A DNA stretch of 64,000 nt from positions 3,456,001-3,520,000 of the forward strand of contig OZ243916.1 of NCBI GenBank assembly GCA_965213675.1, read 5' to 3'. Positions 19,528 through 31,248 of the stretch are shown one piece after another. The first letter of the stretch is position 1, and the number at the start of each line of letters is the position of its first letter. Below the pieces are notes generated by a model. It was not told where the DNA came from. It made no database searches and saw nothing but the letters and a program-made list of their open reading frames with translations. The translations under genes were made by a program, and so were the position numbers. The DNA comes from an uncultured Candidatus Binatia bacterium (GTDB taxonomy: Bacteria > Desulfobacterota > Binatia > UBA9968 > JAJDTQ01).

Positions 19528-20148
19528 ATGAAATCCAAGCGGTTGTGGCTGTTGCTGGTTGCCGCCGCCGGGGTGATCTTCGTGGGCGTCGAGGTGGCGC
19601 GGCACCTGCGGGAACAGGCGCTCCACGACCCGCGGGCGTCGTTGGAGTTCACGCCTGGGGCGGCCTTGCAGGTCAAGAACTTCCGTCGCAGCCGGATCGA
19701 AGACGGGCGCAAGGCTTGGGAAGTGAAAGGGGTCGAAGCGACCTATTTCAAGTCCGAAGAGATGGCACTGATTACGCGGCCGGCGTTGGTCTTCTACCAT
19801 GAGGATGGGCGGATTCTCGAGGCTACCGGCCGCCGAGGGCACGTTTTCCTGCCCGACGGGGAGTTGCTGCGGGCCGAACTGGACGGCGCCGTGGACATCA
19901 TCTACCAGGGTGTGCGATTCCACGCCGAGAAGCTCATCTACTTTCATGCCGAGAACCGCGTGGTCTGTCCCGGCAGGGTGGCGGCCAATGTGGACGGCGT
20001 GGACCTTGAGGGCGAAAACATGACCTACTCCCTCACCGACGACACCATCGAGCTTCAGAGCGGCGTACGAACCACCATCCATACGGGGCGCCTGGGCCAC
20101 GCCGAAGTGGTCCGACGGCTGACTCGGGGAAAGGACGCGGGTCGATGA
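19528..20148 (+). CDS. lptC: LPS export ABC transporter periplasmic protein
   Basis: N-terminal TM anchor, beta-rich periplasmic domain, position between kdsC and lptA. Confidence 0.82.
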   Translation: MKSKRLWLLLVAAAGVIFVGVEVARHLREQALHDPRASLEFTPGAALQVKNFRRSRIEDGRKAWEVKGVEATYFKSEEMALITRPALVFYHEDGRILEATGRRGHVFLPDGELLRAELDGAVDIIYQGVRFHAEKLIYFHAENRVVCPGRVAANVDGVDLEGENMTYSLTDDTIELQSGVRTTIHTGRLGHAEVVRRLTRGKDAGR

Positions 20149-20690
20149 GACAACCAGGGACAGGCAACGGATTCCGATGGACGTTGGCTCTGACGGTGGC
20201 GCTGTTTCTGCACGCCGCGGGTCCGGTGGCGAGCGCCTCCGAGGATCCCGCGGGGCGCGCAAGCGCCACCGCCGGTCTGTTCGCCGACAAGGACACGCCC
20301 GTCGAGATCACCGCCGACCGCATGGAGTTCCAGCGCAAGCAGAGCACCATCGTTTACAAGGGCAATGTCCTGGTGGTGCGGGACGGCGTCCGGATCGCGA
20401 GCGATGTCCTGATGGCGCGCTATGACGCCCAGGGCGGCGTGTTGACCAGCGTGGTGGCGGAGGGCGGGGTGCGGGTCAGCCACGGGGGACGGGAGATGAC
20501 CGGAGAGAAAGCCGTTTTCGACGGACTGAACGAGATCATTACGGTGTCCGGCGACACGGTCGTGCGTGACGGCAACAGCAGCATCTCGGGCAGCCGCATC
20601 ACCATCTACGTCCGGGAGGACCGTAGCGTCGTGGAGAACAGCGAGGGACGCGTGAAGGCGGTGATCTTCCCGGGGCAGTTGACTCAGTAA
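20145..20690 (+). CDS. lptA: LPS transport periplasmic protein
   Basis: Signal peptide; PVEITADRM, YKGNV, GRVKAVI OstA-like motifs. Confidence 0.9.
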   Translation: MRQPGTGNGFRWTLALTVALFLHAAGPVASASEDPAGRASATAGLFADKDTPVEITADRMEFQRKQSTIVYKGNVLVVRDGVRIASDVLMARYDAQGGVLTSVVAEGGVRVSHGGREMTGEKAVFDGLNEIITVSGDTVVRDGNSSISGSRITIYVREDRSVVENSEGRVKAVIFPGQLTQ

Positions 20691-20708
20691 ACGGAACCGG
20701 CGCGGGCG

Positions 20709-21431
20709 ATGAGCGTTCTCAATGCGGACGGGATCGTTAAGGCGTATCGAGGACGCCGGGTGCTGGACCAGGTCACTCTTCAGGTCCAAAGCGGCGAGGT
20801 CGTGGGCCTTCTTGGGCCCAACGGAGCGGGCAAGACCACGCTCTTCCACATCCTCATCGGCCTGGTCCGGGCCGATGGTGGCCGGGTCAGCCTGGACGGC
20901 GCCGATCTGACGGAGGCCCCTATCTACCGCCGAGCGCGCGCTGGCCTAAGCTATTTGCCCCAGGAGTCCTCGGTGTTCCGCGGCCTCACGGTCAGGCAGA
21001 ACCTGTTGGCCATCCTCGAGACCTTGCGGCTCGGCAGGGATGAAGAAGAGGCGCGGAGCCAGCGACTGCTCGAGACCTTCGGCCTGGAGCATCTGGCGAA
21101 TCAGAAGGCGCACACGCTTTCCGGCGGCGAGCGGCGGCGCGTGGAAATCGCCCGGGCGCTGATCCTGTCACCGTTTTTCGTGCTGCTGGACGAGCCCTTC
21201 ACGGGGGTCGATCCCATCGCATTGGCCGATATCAAGTCCGTGATCCAGCGGCTGGCCAACGCCGGCATCGGCATCCTGATCACGGATCACAACGTCCGGG
21301 AAGCCCTCGAAATCTGTACCCGAGCCTACATCCTCGGTCCAGGCGCCGTGCTCGCGGAAGGAACGCCCGCGGACATCGCCGCCAGCGATCGGGCCCGCGA
21401 GGTCTACCTTGGGGAAGGGTTCAGGCTCTAG
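20709..21431 (+). CDS. lptB: LPS export ABC ATPase
   Basis: GPNGAGKTT, YLPQESSVF, LSGGERRRVEIAR, VYLGEGFRL. Confidence 0.96.
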   Translation: MSVLNADGIVKAYRGRRVLDQVTLQVQSGEVVGLLGPNGAGKTTLFHILIGLVRADGGRVSLDGADLTEAPIYRRARAGLSYLPQESSVFRGLTVRQNLLAILETLRLGRDEEEARSQRLLETFGLEHLANQKAHTLSGGERRRVEIARALILSPFFVLLDEPFTGVDPIALADIKSVIQRLANAGIGILITDHNVREALEICTRAYILGPGAVLAEGTPADIAASDRAREVYLGEGFRL

Positions 21432-21592
21432 TGTCGGGTCCCGTAAATCACTGCGACAAGTTGCGCAGGAAATTTTGTTGTCGGCAAGGCGCGATGACGA
21501 GTAGTGGCGGTTACCACGCGAGGAAGAGCCACGCAGCCGACGGCGAAAAAGACCAGCAAATTATCGCAGGAATTTGCGGGACACGACACTAC
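21428..21592 (+). mobile_element. MITE-like 165-bp element, copy C
   Basis: Imperfect TIR TAGTGTCGGGTCCCGTAAAT / ATTTGCGGGACACGACACTA; same core; its CTAG overlaps the lptB stop. Confidence 0.82.
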
Positions 21593-21634
21593 CTTGGTGT
21601 AGCGCCCAGCCCCTTCCTGTGACGGAACGCCCGA

Positions 21635-23077
21635 ATGGCATTGGAAATCAAGCTCTCCCAGAAGATGGCGCCGCAGCTGGTGTTGACGCCCCAGTTGCAA
21701 CAGGCCATCAAGCTTCTCCAACTGTCCCAACTCGACCTCCAGCAACGCATCTCGGAGGAGATGCAGGAGAATCCCGCGCTGGAGGAAGCCCATGACGATA
21801 ATGGCGCCCCGGAGCGTGTGCGCGAGCCCGAGGCGACGCAGGAGACGCTCGTCACCGACCGCATCGCGGATTGGCAGGACTATCTCGACAACCACTCCAA
21901 TGGGCGCCACGACATGGTCGCGTCCGAGGTCGCGCGCCACGAAGACGATCTCCCGTCCCTCGAAGACACCGTCACGCGCCGGGAGACCCTCCATGAACAC
22001 CTGCTGTGGCAGCTCCGCATGACCGGGCTCGATCCGGTCAGCCAGGGAATCGGGCTGTGCATCATCGGCAACCTGGACGAACGCGGATACCTGGATGCGT
22101 CGCTGGAGGAGGTCGGCGAGCTGGCCAAGGCGACGCCGGACGAAGTTGAGGATGTCCTGGCGCAGATCCAACGCTTCGATCCCGTGGGCATTGCGGCCCG
22201 CGACTTGCGCGAGTGTCTCCTGCTGCAATTCCACGAGGCGGGGTTGGGCGAAAGCGTGGCGGCTCGTGTGGTGGACGGCCACCTTCGGGAATTGGAGCGC
22301 AAGCAGTACGAACGGATCGCCGCGGCTCTGGACGTCGGCGTCGAGGAAGTCGTCGAGGCGGCCCATGCCATTGCCTGTCTGGAGCCGAAACCGGCACGGA
22401 ACCATGATAACGCCGAGATTCACACCATCATACCCGACGTGATGGTGCAGAAGATCGCGGATGAGTACGTGGTCCTGCTTAACGACGATGGAGTGCCGCC
22501 GTTGAGAGTCAGTCCGCTGGCGCGGCGGCTCGCCGGCGCGTCGAACGAAGAGGCGCGCGAGGCCAAGGAGTACCTGGACGGCAAGATCCGTGCCGCCACC
22601 TGGTTGATCAAGAGCATTCAATGGCGCCAGCAGACCCTGTGCCGGGTCAGCGAGAGCATTTTCAGCTTCCAGCGCGAGTTCCTCGATCACGGCGTCGACC
22701 GGCTGAAGCCGCTGGTGCTGCGCGATGTCGCGAACCAGATCGGCATGCATCCGTCCACGGTCAGTCGCGCCACCTCCAACAAGTTTGCGCACACGCCGCA
22801 GGGCGTGTTCGAGTTGAAATACTTCTTTCAGAGCGGCATACCGCGTAGCGACAGTTCCGTGGTGGTGTCGGCGGAGTCCGTGCGGGAGCGGATCCGGGTG
22901 CTGGTGGAATCCGAGGACCCGCGCAAGCCGCTGAGCGACCAGGACATCGCCGGCGCGTTGCGGGACCTGGGAATCGGCATCGCGCGCCGGACGGTCGCCA
23001 AGTACCGCGAGCAGTTGGGAATATTGCCGTCGTCGCGGCGGCGGGATCCGTATGGCCAACGAGTCGAACCGGACTGA
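21635..23077 (+). CDS. rpoN: RNA polymerase sigma-54 factor
   Basis: LTPQLQQAIKLLQL, HPSTVSRA, RpoN box ARRTVAKYRE. Confidence 0.98.
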   Translation: MALEIKLSQKMAPQLVLTPQLQQAIKLLQLSQLDLQQRISEEMQENPALEEAHDDNGAPERVREPEATQETLVTDRIADWQDYLDNHSNGRHDMVASEVARHEDDLPSLEDTVTRRETLHEHLLWQLRMTGLDPVSQGIGLCIIGNLDERGYLDASLEEVGELAKATPDEVEDVLAQIQRFDPVGIAARDLRECLLLQFHEAGLGESVAARVVDGHLRELERKQYERIAAALDVGVEEVVEAAHAIACLEPKPARNHDNAEIHTIIPDVMVQKIADEYVVLLNDDGVPPLRVSPLARRLAGASNEEAREAKEYLDGKIRAATWLIKSIQWRQQTLCRVSESIFSFQREFLDHGVDRLKPLVLRDVANQIGMHPSTVSRATSNKFAHTPQGVFELKYFFQSGIPRSDSSVVVSAESVRERIRVLVESEDPRKPLSDQDIAGALRDLGIGIARRTVAKYREQLGILPSSRRRDPYGQRVEPD

Positions 23078-23111
23078 CGCGGCGCTTCGACGGGGGACAA
23101 GGGGGGTCGGC

Positions 23112-23573
23112 TTGCGAATCACGGATGTTCTGGATCCGGAAGCGGTCATACCGAGTCTCGAGGCGCGGGACAAGCATGCCGTCCTCGAGGAGATGGTGAA
23201 CCGCGTGGCGAGCCACTACGGATTCGAGGACTCGCAACGGTTGCTCGACGTGGTGCGCGCGCGCGAGCGGATCTGCAGCACCGCCATCGGCGAGGGCGTG
23301 GCCATCCCCCACGGCAAACTGCCGGGGCTGAAACGGGTGTTCATCGCCTTTGCCCGCAGTCGCGAAGGGATCGATTTCGACGCCCAGGACGGCACGCGCA
23401 CACACCTGTTCTTTCTTCTGGTGGCGCCCGAGGGGTCCGCCTCGGAGCACCTGAGCGCGTTGGCCCGGGTGTCCCGGCTGGTCAAGGACGCCTCGTTGCG
23501 CGAGCGCCTCATGCGCGTGCAGACCCCCGAAGAAGTGGTGCTCCTCATCGAGGAGAAGGAACGGGAACTCTGA
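23112..23573 (+). CDS. ptsN: PTS EIIA (Ntr-type)
   Basis: [18 protein letters not shown]; TTG start chosen after a G-rich RBS. Confidence 0.9.
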   Translation: MRITDVLDPEAVIPSLEARDKHAVLEEMVNRVASHYGFEDSQRLLDVVRARERICSTAIGEGVAIPHGKLPGLKRVFIAFARSREGIDFDAQDGTRTHLFFLLVAPEGSASEHLSALARVSRLVKDASLRERLMRVQTPEEVVLLIEEKEREL

Positions 23574-24435
23574 CCAGTCTGCTCGACATCGTGGTCGTCA
23601 CCGGCCTTTCGGGGTCGGGGAAGAGCGTTGCCATGCGCGCGCTGGAGGACAACGGTTTCTTCTGCGTCGACAACCTCCCGGTTCTGTTGATCCCCGGTTC
23701 ATCGAACTCTGCCAGGGCTACCGTGAAGGCATCGAACGGGCCGCCTTCGGTATCGATCTCCGCGGCGGCCACTTCATCGAAGGCTGGCGCGAAGTGCTGG
23801 ACGCCACCCGCAAGGCCGGCCACCGGGTGGAGGTCCTCTTCCTGGACGCCAGCGACGAGCTGCTGCTGCGCCGCTTCAACGAGACGCGCCGGCCGCATCC
23901 GCTCCAGGCCGGCGGGTCAGTGCAGGAAGGCATCGCGCGGGAGCGCGCCGCCCTCACCGGCTTGCGCGACCTGGCTGCACGGGTCATCGACACCACCCAT
24001 CTCAACGTCCACGACCTCAAGAAGGTCATCGAGGACTCGTGCATCCAGGCCTGGGGCCGGCGGCGCATGTCGGTCTTCCTGATGTCCTTCGGTTACAAAT
24101 TCGGCATTCCGGCCGAGGCGGACATGGTCATCGACGTGCGTTTTCTTCCCAATCCGTTTTTTGTTAATGGGTTGGGGACTCGTAGCGGGTTGACGCCGGA
24201 AGTACGCGATTTCGTTCTCAGCCGGCCGGAGACGCACACTTTCGTCGAACGAATGAGCGCGTTGCTCGATTTCACGCTGCCCAGCTATGAGCGCGAGGGC
24301 AAGAGCAATCTGACCGTGGCCTTCGGCTGCACCGGCGGCAAGCATCGGTCAGTGGTGCTCGCCGCCGAATTCGCGCGGCGCCTGAATGGGAGCCCATGGC
24401 GCATTCAGTTGCGGCACCGGGACGTTGACAGATGA
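23570..24435 (+). pseudogene. rapZ: RNase adapter RapZ, split by a 1-nt deletion near 23692-23695 (possibly an assembly error)
   Basis: [17 protein letters not shown] in one frame; [46 protein letters not shown] in the next. Confidence 0.88.
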
Positions 24436-24438
24436 CCC

Positions 24439-24714
24439 ATGCACCGCGTTAAGAGGAAGCTCGAGATCAAAAACCGCCTCGGAATGCACGCGCGCGCCTC
24501 GGCGCTGTTCGTGCAGACCGTCAATCAGTTCTCCTCGGAGGTCAAGATCTCCAAGGACGACAACGTCGTCAACGGACGAAGCATCATGGGCGTCCTGACC
24601 CTGGGAGCGGCCAAGGGAAGCAAGATCCGGGTCGAGACCCGTGGCGAGGACGCCCACGAGGCCATGCTCGCCATCGAGCAACTCGTGGAGGACAAGTTTC
24701 GCGAGAGTGACTGA
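24439..24714 (+). CDS. ptsH: HPr family phosphocarrier
   Basis: [10 protein letters not shown] (His15), [11 protein letters not shown] (Ser46). Confidence 0.93.
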   Translation: MHRVKRKLEIKNRLGMHARASALFVQTVNQFSSEVKISKDDNVVNGRSIMGVLTLGAAKGSKIRVETRGEDAHEAMLAIEQLVEDKFRESD

Positions 24715-24797
24715 CCCGGATTGCAAGACCGTCCGCAACCGGGTTTTCCGTGGAACTGGGACTGGACGTAACGGAAAGGGTCGAACAGGGATTATCC

Positions 24798-25973
24798 ATG
24801 ACGAACAAGGATTTTGTCTTCACCTCGGAGTCGGTGTCGGAGGGCCATCCCGACAAGATGTGCGATCAGATCTCGGACGCGGTGCTCGACGCCCACCTGG
24901 CTCTGGACCCCAACAGCCGTGTGGCGTGCGAGACCCTGGTCAAGAACGACCTGATCGTCATCGCGGGCGAGATCACCAGCAAGGGACAGGTGGACTACGA
25001 GAGTCTGGCGCGCCGCGTCGCCCTCGACATCGGCTATGATGATGCTTCCAAGGGCTTCGACGGCAACACGTGCGAGGTGCTGGTAAGGCTGGTAAGCCAG
25101 TCCCCCAACATCTCCCAGGGAGTTACCGAGGGCGAGGGACTCTTCAAGGAGCAGGGCGCCGGCGACCAGGGCATGATGTTCGGCTATGCCTGTGACGAGA
25201 CCGAGGAGCTGATGCCGCTGCCGATCCAGCTCGCCCATGAACTCGTCGGCTATCTGGCCAAGATCCGGAAATCCGGCGAGGCGCCGTTCCTGCGGCCGGA
25301 CTCCAAGTCCCAGGTGAGCGTCGAGTACCGCGACGGGCGGCCCCATCGTGTCACCAACGTGGTGGTGTCCACACAGCACACGCCGGAGGTGCCGTACGAC
25401 AAGCTCCGGGGAACCCTCATCGACAGCGTCATCCGCGCGGTGGTGCCGTCCCGGTACCTCGACAACGACACCGAGTTTCTCGTCAACCCCACTGGCAGCT
25501 TCGAGATCGGCGGTCCCCAGGCCGACGCCGGCCTGACCGGCCGCAAGATCATCGTGGACACCTACGGCGGCATGGGCCGCCACGGCGGCGGCGCCTTCTC
25601 CGGGAAGGATCCGTCCAAGGTGGACCGCAGCGCGGCCTACGTGGCCCGCTACGTGGCCAAGAACGTCGTCGCGGCCAAGCTGGCGCGCCGCTGCGAGATC
25701 CAGCTCGCCTACGTCATCGGCGTGGCGGAGCCCGTGTCCATCGCCATCGACACCTTCGGCACGGGCGTTGTCCCGGACGCCGAGATCGTCAAGCTCGTGC
25801 GCGAGAACTTCGAGTTGACGCCCAAGGGCATCATCGACGCCCTCCATCTGCGCGCGCCCATCTACCAGAAGTCCGCCGCCTACGGCCATTTCGGCCGCAA
25901 GCCGGAAAACGGTTTCTTCACCTGGGAGCAGGCCGATCGGGCGGCGCGCCTGAGCGGTGCGGTCAAGGGTTAG
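24798..25973 (+). CDS. metK: S-adenosylmethionine synthetase
   Basis: [28 protein letters not shown]. Confidence 0.99.
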   Translation: MTNKDFVFTSESVSEGHPDKMCDQISDAVLDAHLALDPNSRVACETLVKNDLIVIAGEITSKGQVDYESLARRVALDIGYDDASKGFDGNTCEVLVRLVSQSPNISQGVTEGEGLFKEQGAGDQGMMFGYACDETEELMPLPIQLAHELVGYLAKIRKSGEAPFLRPDSKSQVSVEYRDGRPHRVTNVVVSTQHTPEVPYDKLRGTLIDSVIRAVVPSRYLDNDTEFLVNPTGSFEIGGPQADAGLTGRKIIVDTYGGMGRHGGGAFSGKDPSKVDRSAAYVARYVAKNVVAAKLARRCEIQLAYVIGVAEPVSIAIDTFGTGVVPDAEIVKLVRENFELTPKGIIDALHLRAPIYQKSAAYGHFGRKPENGFFTWEQADRAARLSGAVKG

Positions 25974-27437
<1,464 letters not shown>

Positions 27438-27583
27438 GGCCCGCAGCGCCCCGGTCGATTGAAAGCAACGTCTTGTCTTGTTCGTTCGTTTTTCGTCTTC
27501 GCTGAATGGCTTCCCGGCCTGTCGCGCGGACGTAGGGGTCTCGGCTACCGTATGCATGGTAGCCCCCAGGTCAGTGCAGACGT

Positions 27584-28804
27584 TTACACAAGCCGGACGA
27601 AGAGCTCATTGGCCAGCAGCAAACCTCGTGGCGTAAACCGGATGTGGTGTTCTTCTTCGACCAGCAACCGCTCCGACAGCCATTCGGCCATTGCAGGAAA
27701 AGCGCTCTCGGGCGTTGCCCCGAAACGCCGCTCAAACTCCGGCATCGAAACCCCGCTGATCATCCGCAGCCCGGTGAACAGGCATTCCGCCATGGCTTGG
27801 CGAAGCTCCGGCTGCTCCCGCTCGGTCACCGCGTGGCCGGCCTCGCTCGCGAGCCGCATGTAGCCTGCCGGCAGGCGCTCGTTCTGCCAGCGTTCTCCCA
27901 GGGGGTCGTTGGGCCTTCGGTGGTGGCTGTGGGCGCCGGCGCCGATGCCGAGGTAGTCGCCGCTGTTCCAGTAGTTGATGTTGTGGCGGGATTCGAGGCC
28001 GGGGCGGGCGTGGTTGGAGATCTCGTAGCGTTCCAGGCCGGCGTGCGCCAGGGTGTGCTGGATGCGCTCGGCCATCTCGATCTCCAGTTCCTCGTCCAGC
28101 GGCCGCAGCAGGCCCTGGCGGTAGCGGGTGTGGAAGGGCGTGCCTTCCTCGATGGTGAGGTTGTAGGCGGACAGGTGCGGGGGGTCGTATGCCAGGGCCG
28201 CGGAGAGGTCCCGGCTCACTCCGTCAACGGTCTGTCCAGGAATGCCGTAGATCAGATCGAGGCTGAAGTTGTCGAATCCCGCCTTGGGGATGGCGCACAG
28301 GGCCGCGCGCGTTTCGCCGGCGCTGTGGACGCGGCCCAGAAACTTGAGCAGGTGGGGGTCGAAGCTCTGGGCGCCGATGCTGATGCGGTTGACGCCGCTG
28401 GCGCGGTAGTCGCGGAAGCGGCCCGCATCCACCACGCCGGGATTGGCTTCGAGCGTGATCTCCGCGCGCTCGGTCAACCCGAACAACCCGGCGGTTTCAT
28501 CGAGAACCGCGCCGATGCTGCTTCCCTGGAAGGTGGAAGGGGTGCCGCCGCCGAAGAAGACCGTCTTCACCGGCCGGCCGGCCCATGCCTCCGACTCGGA
28601 GTAGTGGCGCAATTCCCGCAGCAGCGCCCGCGTGTATGCCTCCTCGGGTATCCGGGACGCGACGTGGGAATTGAAGTCGCAGTAGGGGCACTTGCGGACG
28701 CAGTAGGGGATGTGGACGTAAAGGGAGAAAGGCTTTCGCGGGTCGTCGTCCACCGTGGAATCGGGGTGCGCCGCGCCGCGATTGGCCGGACCTTGCCGTG
28801 CCAT
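27584..28804 (-). CDS. hemW: Radical SAM heme chaperone (HemN-like)
   Basis: LYVHIPYCVRKCPYCDF, FFGGGTPS, YEISN, HNINYW; start uncertain (28804 ATG or 28753 GTG). Confidence 0.9.
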   Translation of the reverse strand: MARQGPANRGAAHPDSTVDDDPRKPFSLYVHIPYCVRKCPYCDFNSHVASRIPEEAYTRALLRELRHYSESEAWAGRPVKTVFFGGGTPSTFQGSSIGAVLDETAGLFGLTERAEITLEANPGVVDAGRFRDYRASGVNRISIGAQSFDPHLLKFLGRVHSAGETRAALCAIPKAGFDNFSLDLIYGIPGQTVDGVSRDLSAALAYDPPHLSAYNLTIEEGTPFHTRYRQGLLRPLDEELEIEMAERIQHTLAHAGLERYEISNHARPGLESRHNINYWNSGDYLGIGAGAHSHHRRPNDPLGERWQNERLPAGYMRLASEAGHAVTEREQPELRQAMAECLFTGLRMISGVSMPEFERRFGATPESAFPAMAEWLSERLLVEEEHHIRFTPRGLLLANELFVRLV

Positions 28805-28860
28805 GATTCGTGGCGTCGCGGGCTGCCGGTTCGAATCGCCTTCCGTCAATCCGTACCCCG

Positions 28861-29916
28861 TCAGGGCTTGATATCCTGCAGGAACCAGTCGGTGGAAATT
28901 TCCTTGCCCAACCCCATCTTTTCGGCGGCCTTGAGGATGCAGTGCCCCATGGCGGCGAACTGGATGCCGGTGCCGATGTTGTTGAGGAAGAAGGTGGTCT
29001 GGTCGGCACGGGTGCGGCCGGAGACGCGCCCCGCCAGGAAGTCCGAGATCTCCGGGTAGACGCTCCAGTCCCGCGGCTTCTCCTGGCGGATGCCGGGCAG
29101 GTGATCGACGCTCGGGGGCAGGTGGTGCCGGATGCCGCCCATCTGCGTGTGGATGCCGGTGATGTCGGCCTTGGCGAAGACGGTGTCGTCGTGCTCGAAC
29201 TCGCGGATGGCGTTGTAGTGCACGCCGGGCTGCAGCATGTCGCCGGTGATGATGGGAGACGACGTGCTGGTGGCGGTGCAGATGATGTCGCATCCCGCAA
29301 TGGCCGACGCGACGCTGCCCGTGGGCTCCACTTCGATGCCGCCGGCGCTCATCTCCTCGGCGAAGGCCTGGCGGTGCTCGGGCCGGGGGCTGTACACCTT
29401 GACCGTCTTGATGGGGAGCACGTGGGTCAGCAGGCGGAAGTGGGCGCGCGCCTGGCCGCCGGTGCCGATGAGCCCCAAGCGGGCGGCGTCCGGCCGGCAC
29501 AGCGCCTGAGCGCCCAGGGCGCTGGTGATGGCCACGCGGGTCTGCTGGATGACCCCGTCCGGCATGATACCCATGAGTTCACCGTTCTCCAGGCTGTACA
29601 ACTGCACCAGCCCGAGAAACAGCCCGCGTCCGGCCAATGGCAGCTTCTCCAGCCGGACGGAGCCGTTGTACGTTTCCTCGCGCACCACGTCCGAAGTAAC
29701 CCGCAGGGCCAGGGTGCCGAAGCGCTCCACCGCCCCCTCCACGGACTTGAAGCTGTAGGAGGCCTCGTCCATGGTGTGGTGCGTGTAGATGTGGGTGGTG
29801 GGCCGGTTCACCGAACGGCCTTCGGGCAGGTCGCCATAGGCCGTGGCCATGGCCTCCAGGCATTCGTCGATGTTCATGGCCTGCCGGACGTCGTCGTTGT
29901 CGAGTATGCGTGTCAT
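28861..29916 (-). CDS. Ornithine cyclodeaminase/mu-crystallin family protein
   Basis: LIGTGGQA, DIICTATS, GTGIQFAA. Confidence 0.88.
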   Translation of the reverse strand: MTRILDNDDVRQAMNIDECLEAMATAYGDLPEGRSVNRPTTHIYTHHTMDEASYSFKSVEGAVERFGTLALRVTSDVVREETYNGSVRLEKLPLAGRGLFLGLVQLYSLENGELMGIMPDGVIQQTRVAITSALGAQALCRPDAARLGLIGTGGQARAHFRLLTHVLPIKTVKVYSPRPEHRQAFAEEMSAGGIEVEPTGSVASAIAGCDIICTATSTSSPIITGDMLQPGVHYNAIREFEHDDTVFAKADITGIHTQMGGIRHHLPPSVDHLPGIRQEKPRDWSVYPEISDFLAGRVSGRTRADQTTFFLNNIGTGIQFAAMGHCILKAAEKMGLGKEISTDWFLQDIKP

Positions 29917-30143
29917 GGTCCCTCGTGATGGATACGGCCCCTTTCCGAGCTTCGGGCCTGAATGGTGTGCCCGCGTTGCCGGTCGCGCGCGTCGTCGGTG
30001 TGGTTCATAACCGGCCGCGGCCGGAATGTAAACGGTCCGGAGATTCCACGGCCGGCGCCGCCGGTAGAATGGCGAGGAAGCGTCGGGCGATCACCTTCCA
30101 TGGTAAATTGCGTCAGACGACACGCTATGCTTTTATGATTTGC

Positions 30144-30203
30144 CCAGGAGCTTGCGCCGCAGGAATTTGCGCTTTCGCGAATTCCTGCGGCGCAAGCTCC
30201 TGG
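30144..30203. repeat. Long hairpin with perfect 24-bp stem in a divergent intergenic region
   Basis: CCAGGAGCTTGCGCCGCAGGAATT / AATTCCTGCGGCGCAAGCTCCTGG. Confidence 0.85.
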
Positions 30204-30249
30204 CAACGTTTGGCCCGCCACGCGCGCTGGCGGCGCCTTGGAGGTTCCC

Positions 30250-31110
30250 ATGCTGACGAACAAGGTGAGCGAGATCATGACCACCGCGGTGATCACGGCC
30301 GAGCCTTCGAGCTCCATCCGCGAGGTGACGCAGCTCATGGTGGACCGGCGAGTCGGGCGGGTGGTGATTACGGAAAACGACGAGCCCACCGGCATCTTCA
30401 CCGAGCAGGACATCCTGCGCCGGGTCATGAACCGGATTCTTGACGTGCGCGAGACGCCGGTGCGCCGGGTCATGACCACGCCGATCCAGGGAGTGCCGCA
30501 GGGCACGACCATCGTGGACGTGCTGGGCCGGATGTACAAGGGGCGCTACCGGCACCTGCTGGTCTACGGCGACGACAAGCGCATGGTCGGGCTGGTGTCG
30601 ATGCGGCGCGTTCTCAACCTCGTGGTGGAACTTGGCGCGGACATGCGCGACGCCCGCACGGTGGGGGACATCGTGTCCGGCCCGATTCCCACGGTGGAGG
30701 CGCACACCCCCGTCACCGTGGTCATCGACCGTCTGGTGCGCGATCATCTGGGCTGCGTCGTGGTGCTGGCGGACGGCAGCATCGCCGGCATCTTCACCGA
30801 GCGCGACGTGCTGAAGCGGGTCGCCCTGGAGGACCGCGACATGGGGCAGGTGCCGGTAGCCGAGGTGATGACCGCGGAGCCGTTGGTCATGCCGGGCTCG
30901 GCGCCGGTGCAGGAGGTGCTGGGGACCATGCGTGAGAACGGCTTCCGTCATCTCCCGGTGGCGGGCGACGGCGGCGACCTGGCGGGCATTGTCTCCATGG
31001 GCGACGTGGTGCAGTACGCCAAGGCTCTGGATATCGACGACGCCGTGCGCAAGGCCTGGAAGGAGATCGAGGAGTTCTGGGAATCCGAAGAGAACTACAC
31101 GCCGGGATGA
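30250..31110 (+). CDS. CBS domain protein (four CBS domains)
   Basis: Duplicated GIFTE(Q/R)D and RHL(L/P)V..G(L/I)VSM units; GGAGG RBS. Confidence 0.9.
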   Translation: MLTNKVSEIMTTAVITAEPSSSIREVTQLMVDRRVGRVVITENDEPTGIFTEQDILRRVMNRILDVRETPVRRVMTTPIQGVPQGTTIVDVLGRMYKGRYRHLLVYGDDKRMVGLVSMRRVLNLVVELGADMRDARTVGDIVSGPIPTVEAHTPVTVVIDRLVRDHLGCVVVLADGSIAGIFTERDVLKRVALEDRDMGQVPVAEVMTAEPLVMPGSAPVQEVLGTMRENGFRHLPVAGDGGDLAGIVSMGDVVQYAKALDIDDAVRKAWKEIEEFWESEENYTPG

Positions 31111-31181
31111 CACCGACCAGCAAATACCCGACCACGGAGCCGGGTTGCGCGGGCGGAAACCGCTGGAAGCCGGTTAAGTAC

Positions 31182-31210
31182 TTGTTTAATTTGGGTTCTT
31201 TTGTTAAGAT
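31182..31210 (+). promoter_or_regulatory. Possible sigma70 promoter of the oxidoreductase operon
   Basis: TTGTTT, 17 nt, TAAGAT with extended TG, in an AT-rich patch. Confidence 0.45.
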
Positions 31211-31248
31211 TCTCTCCCATCACCATCTCCCCAAAACTGGAGAACCAC

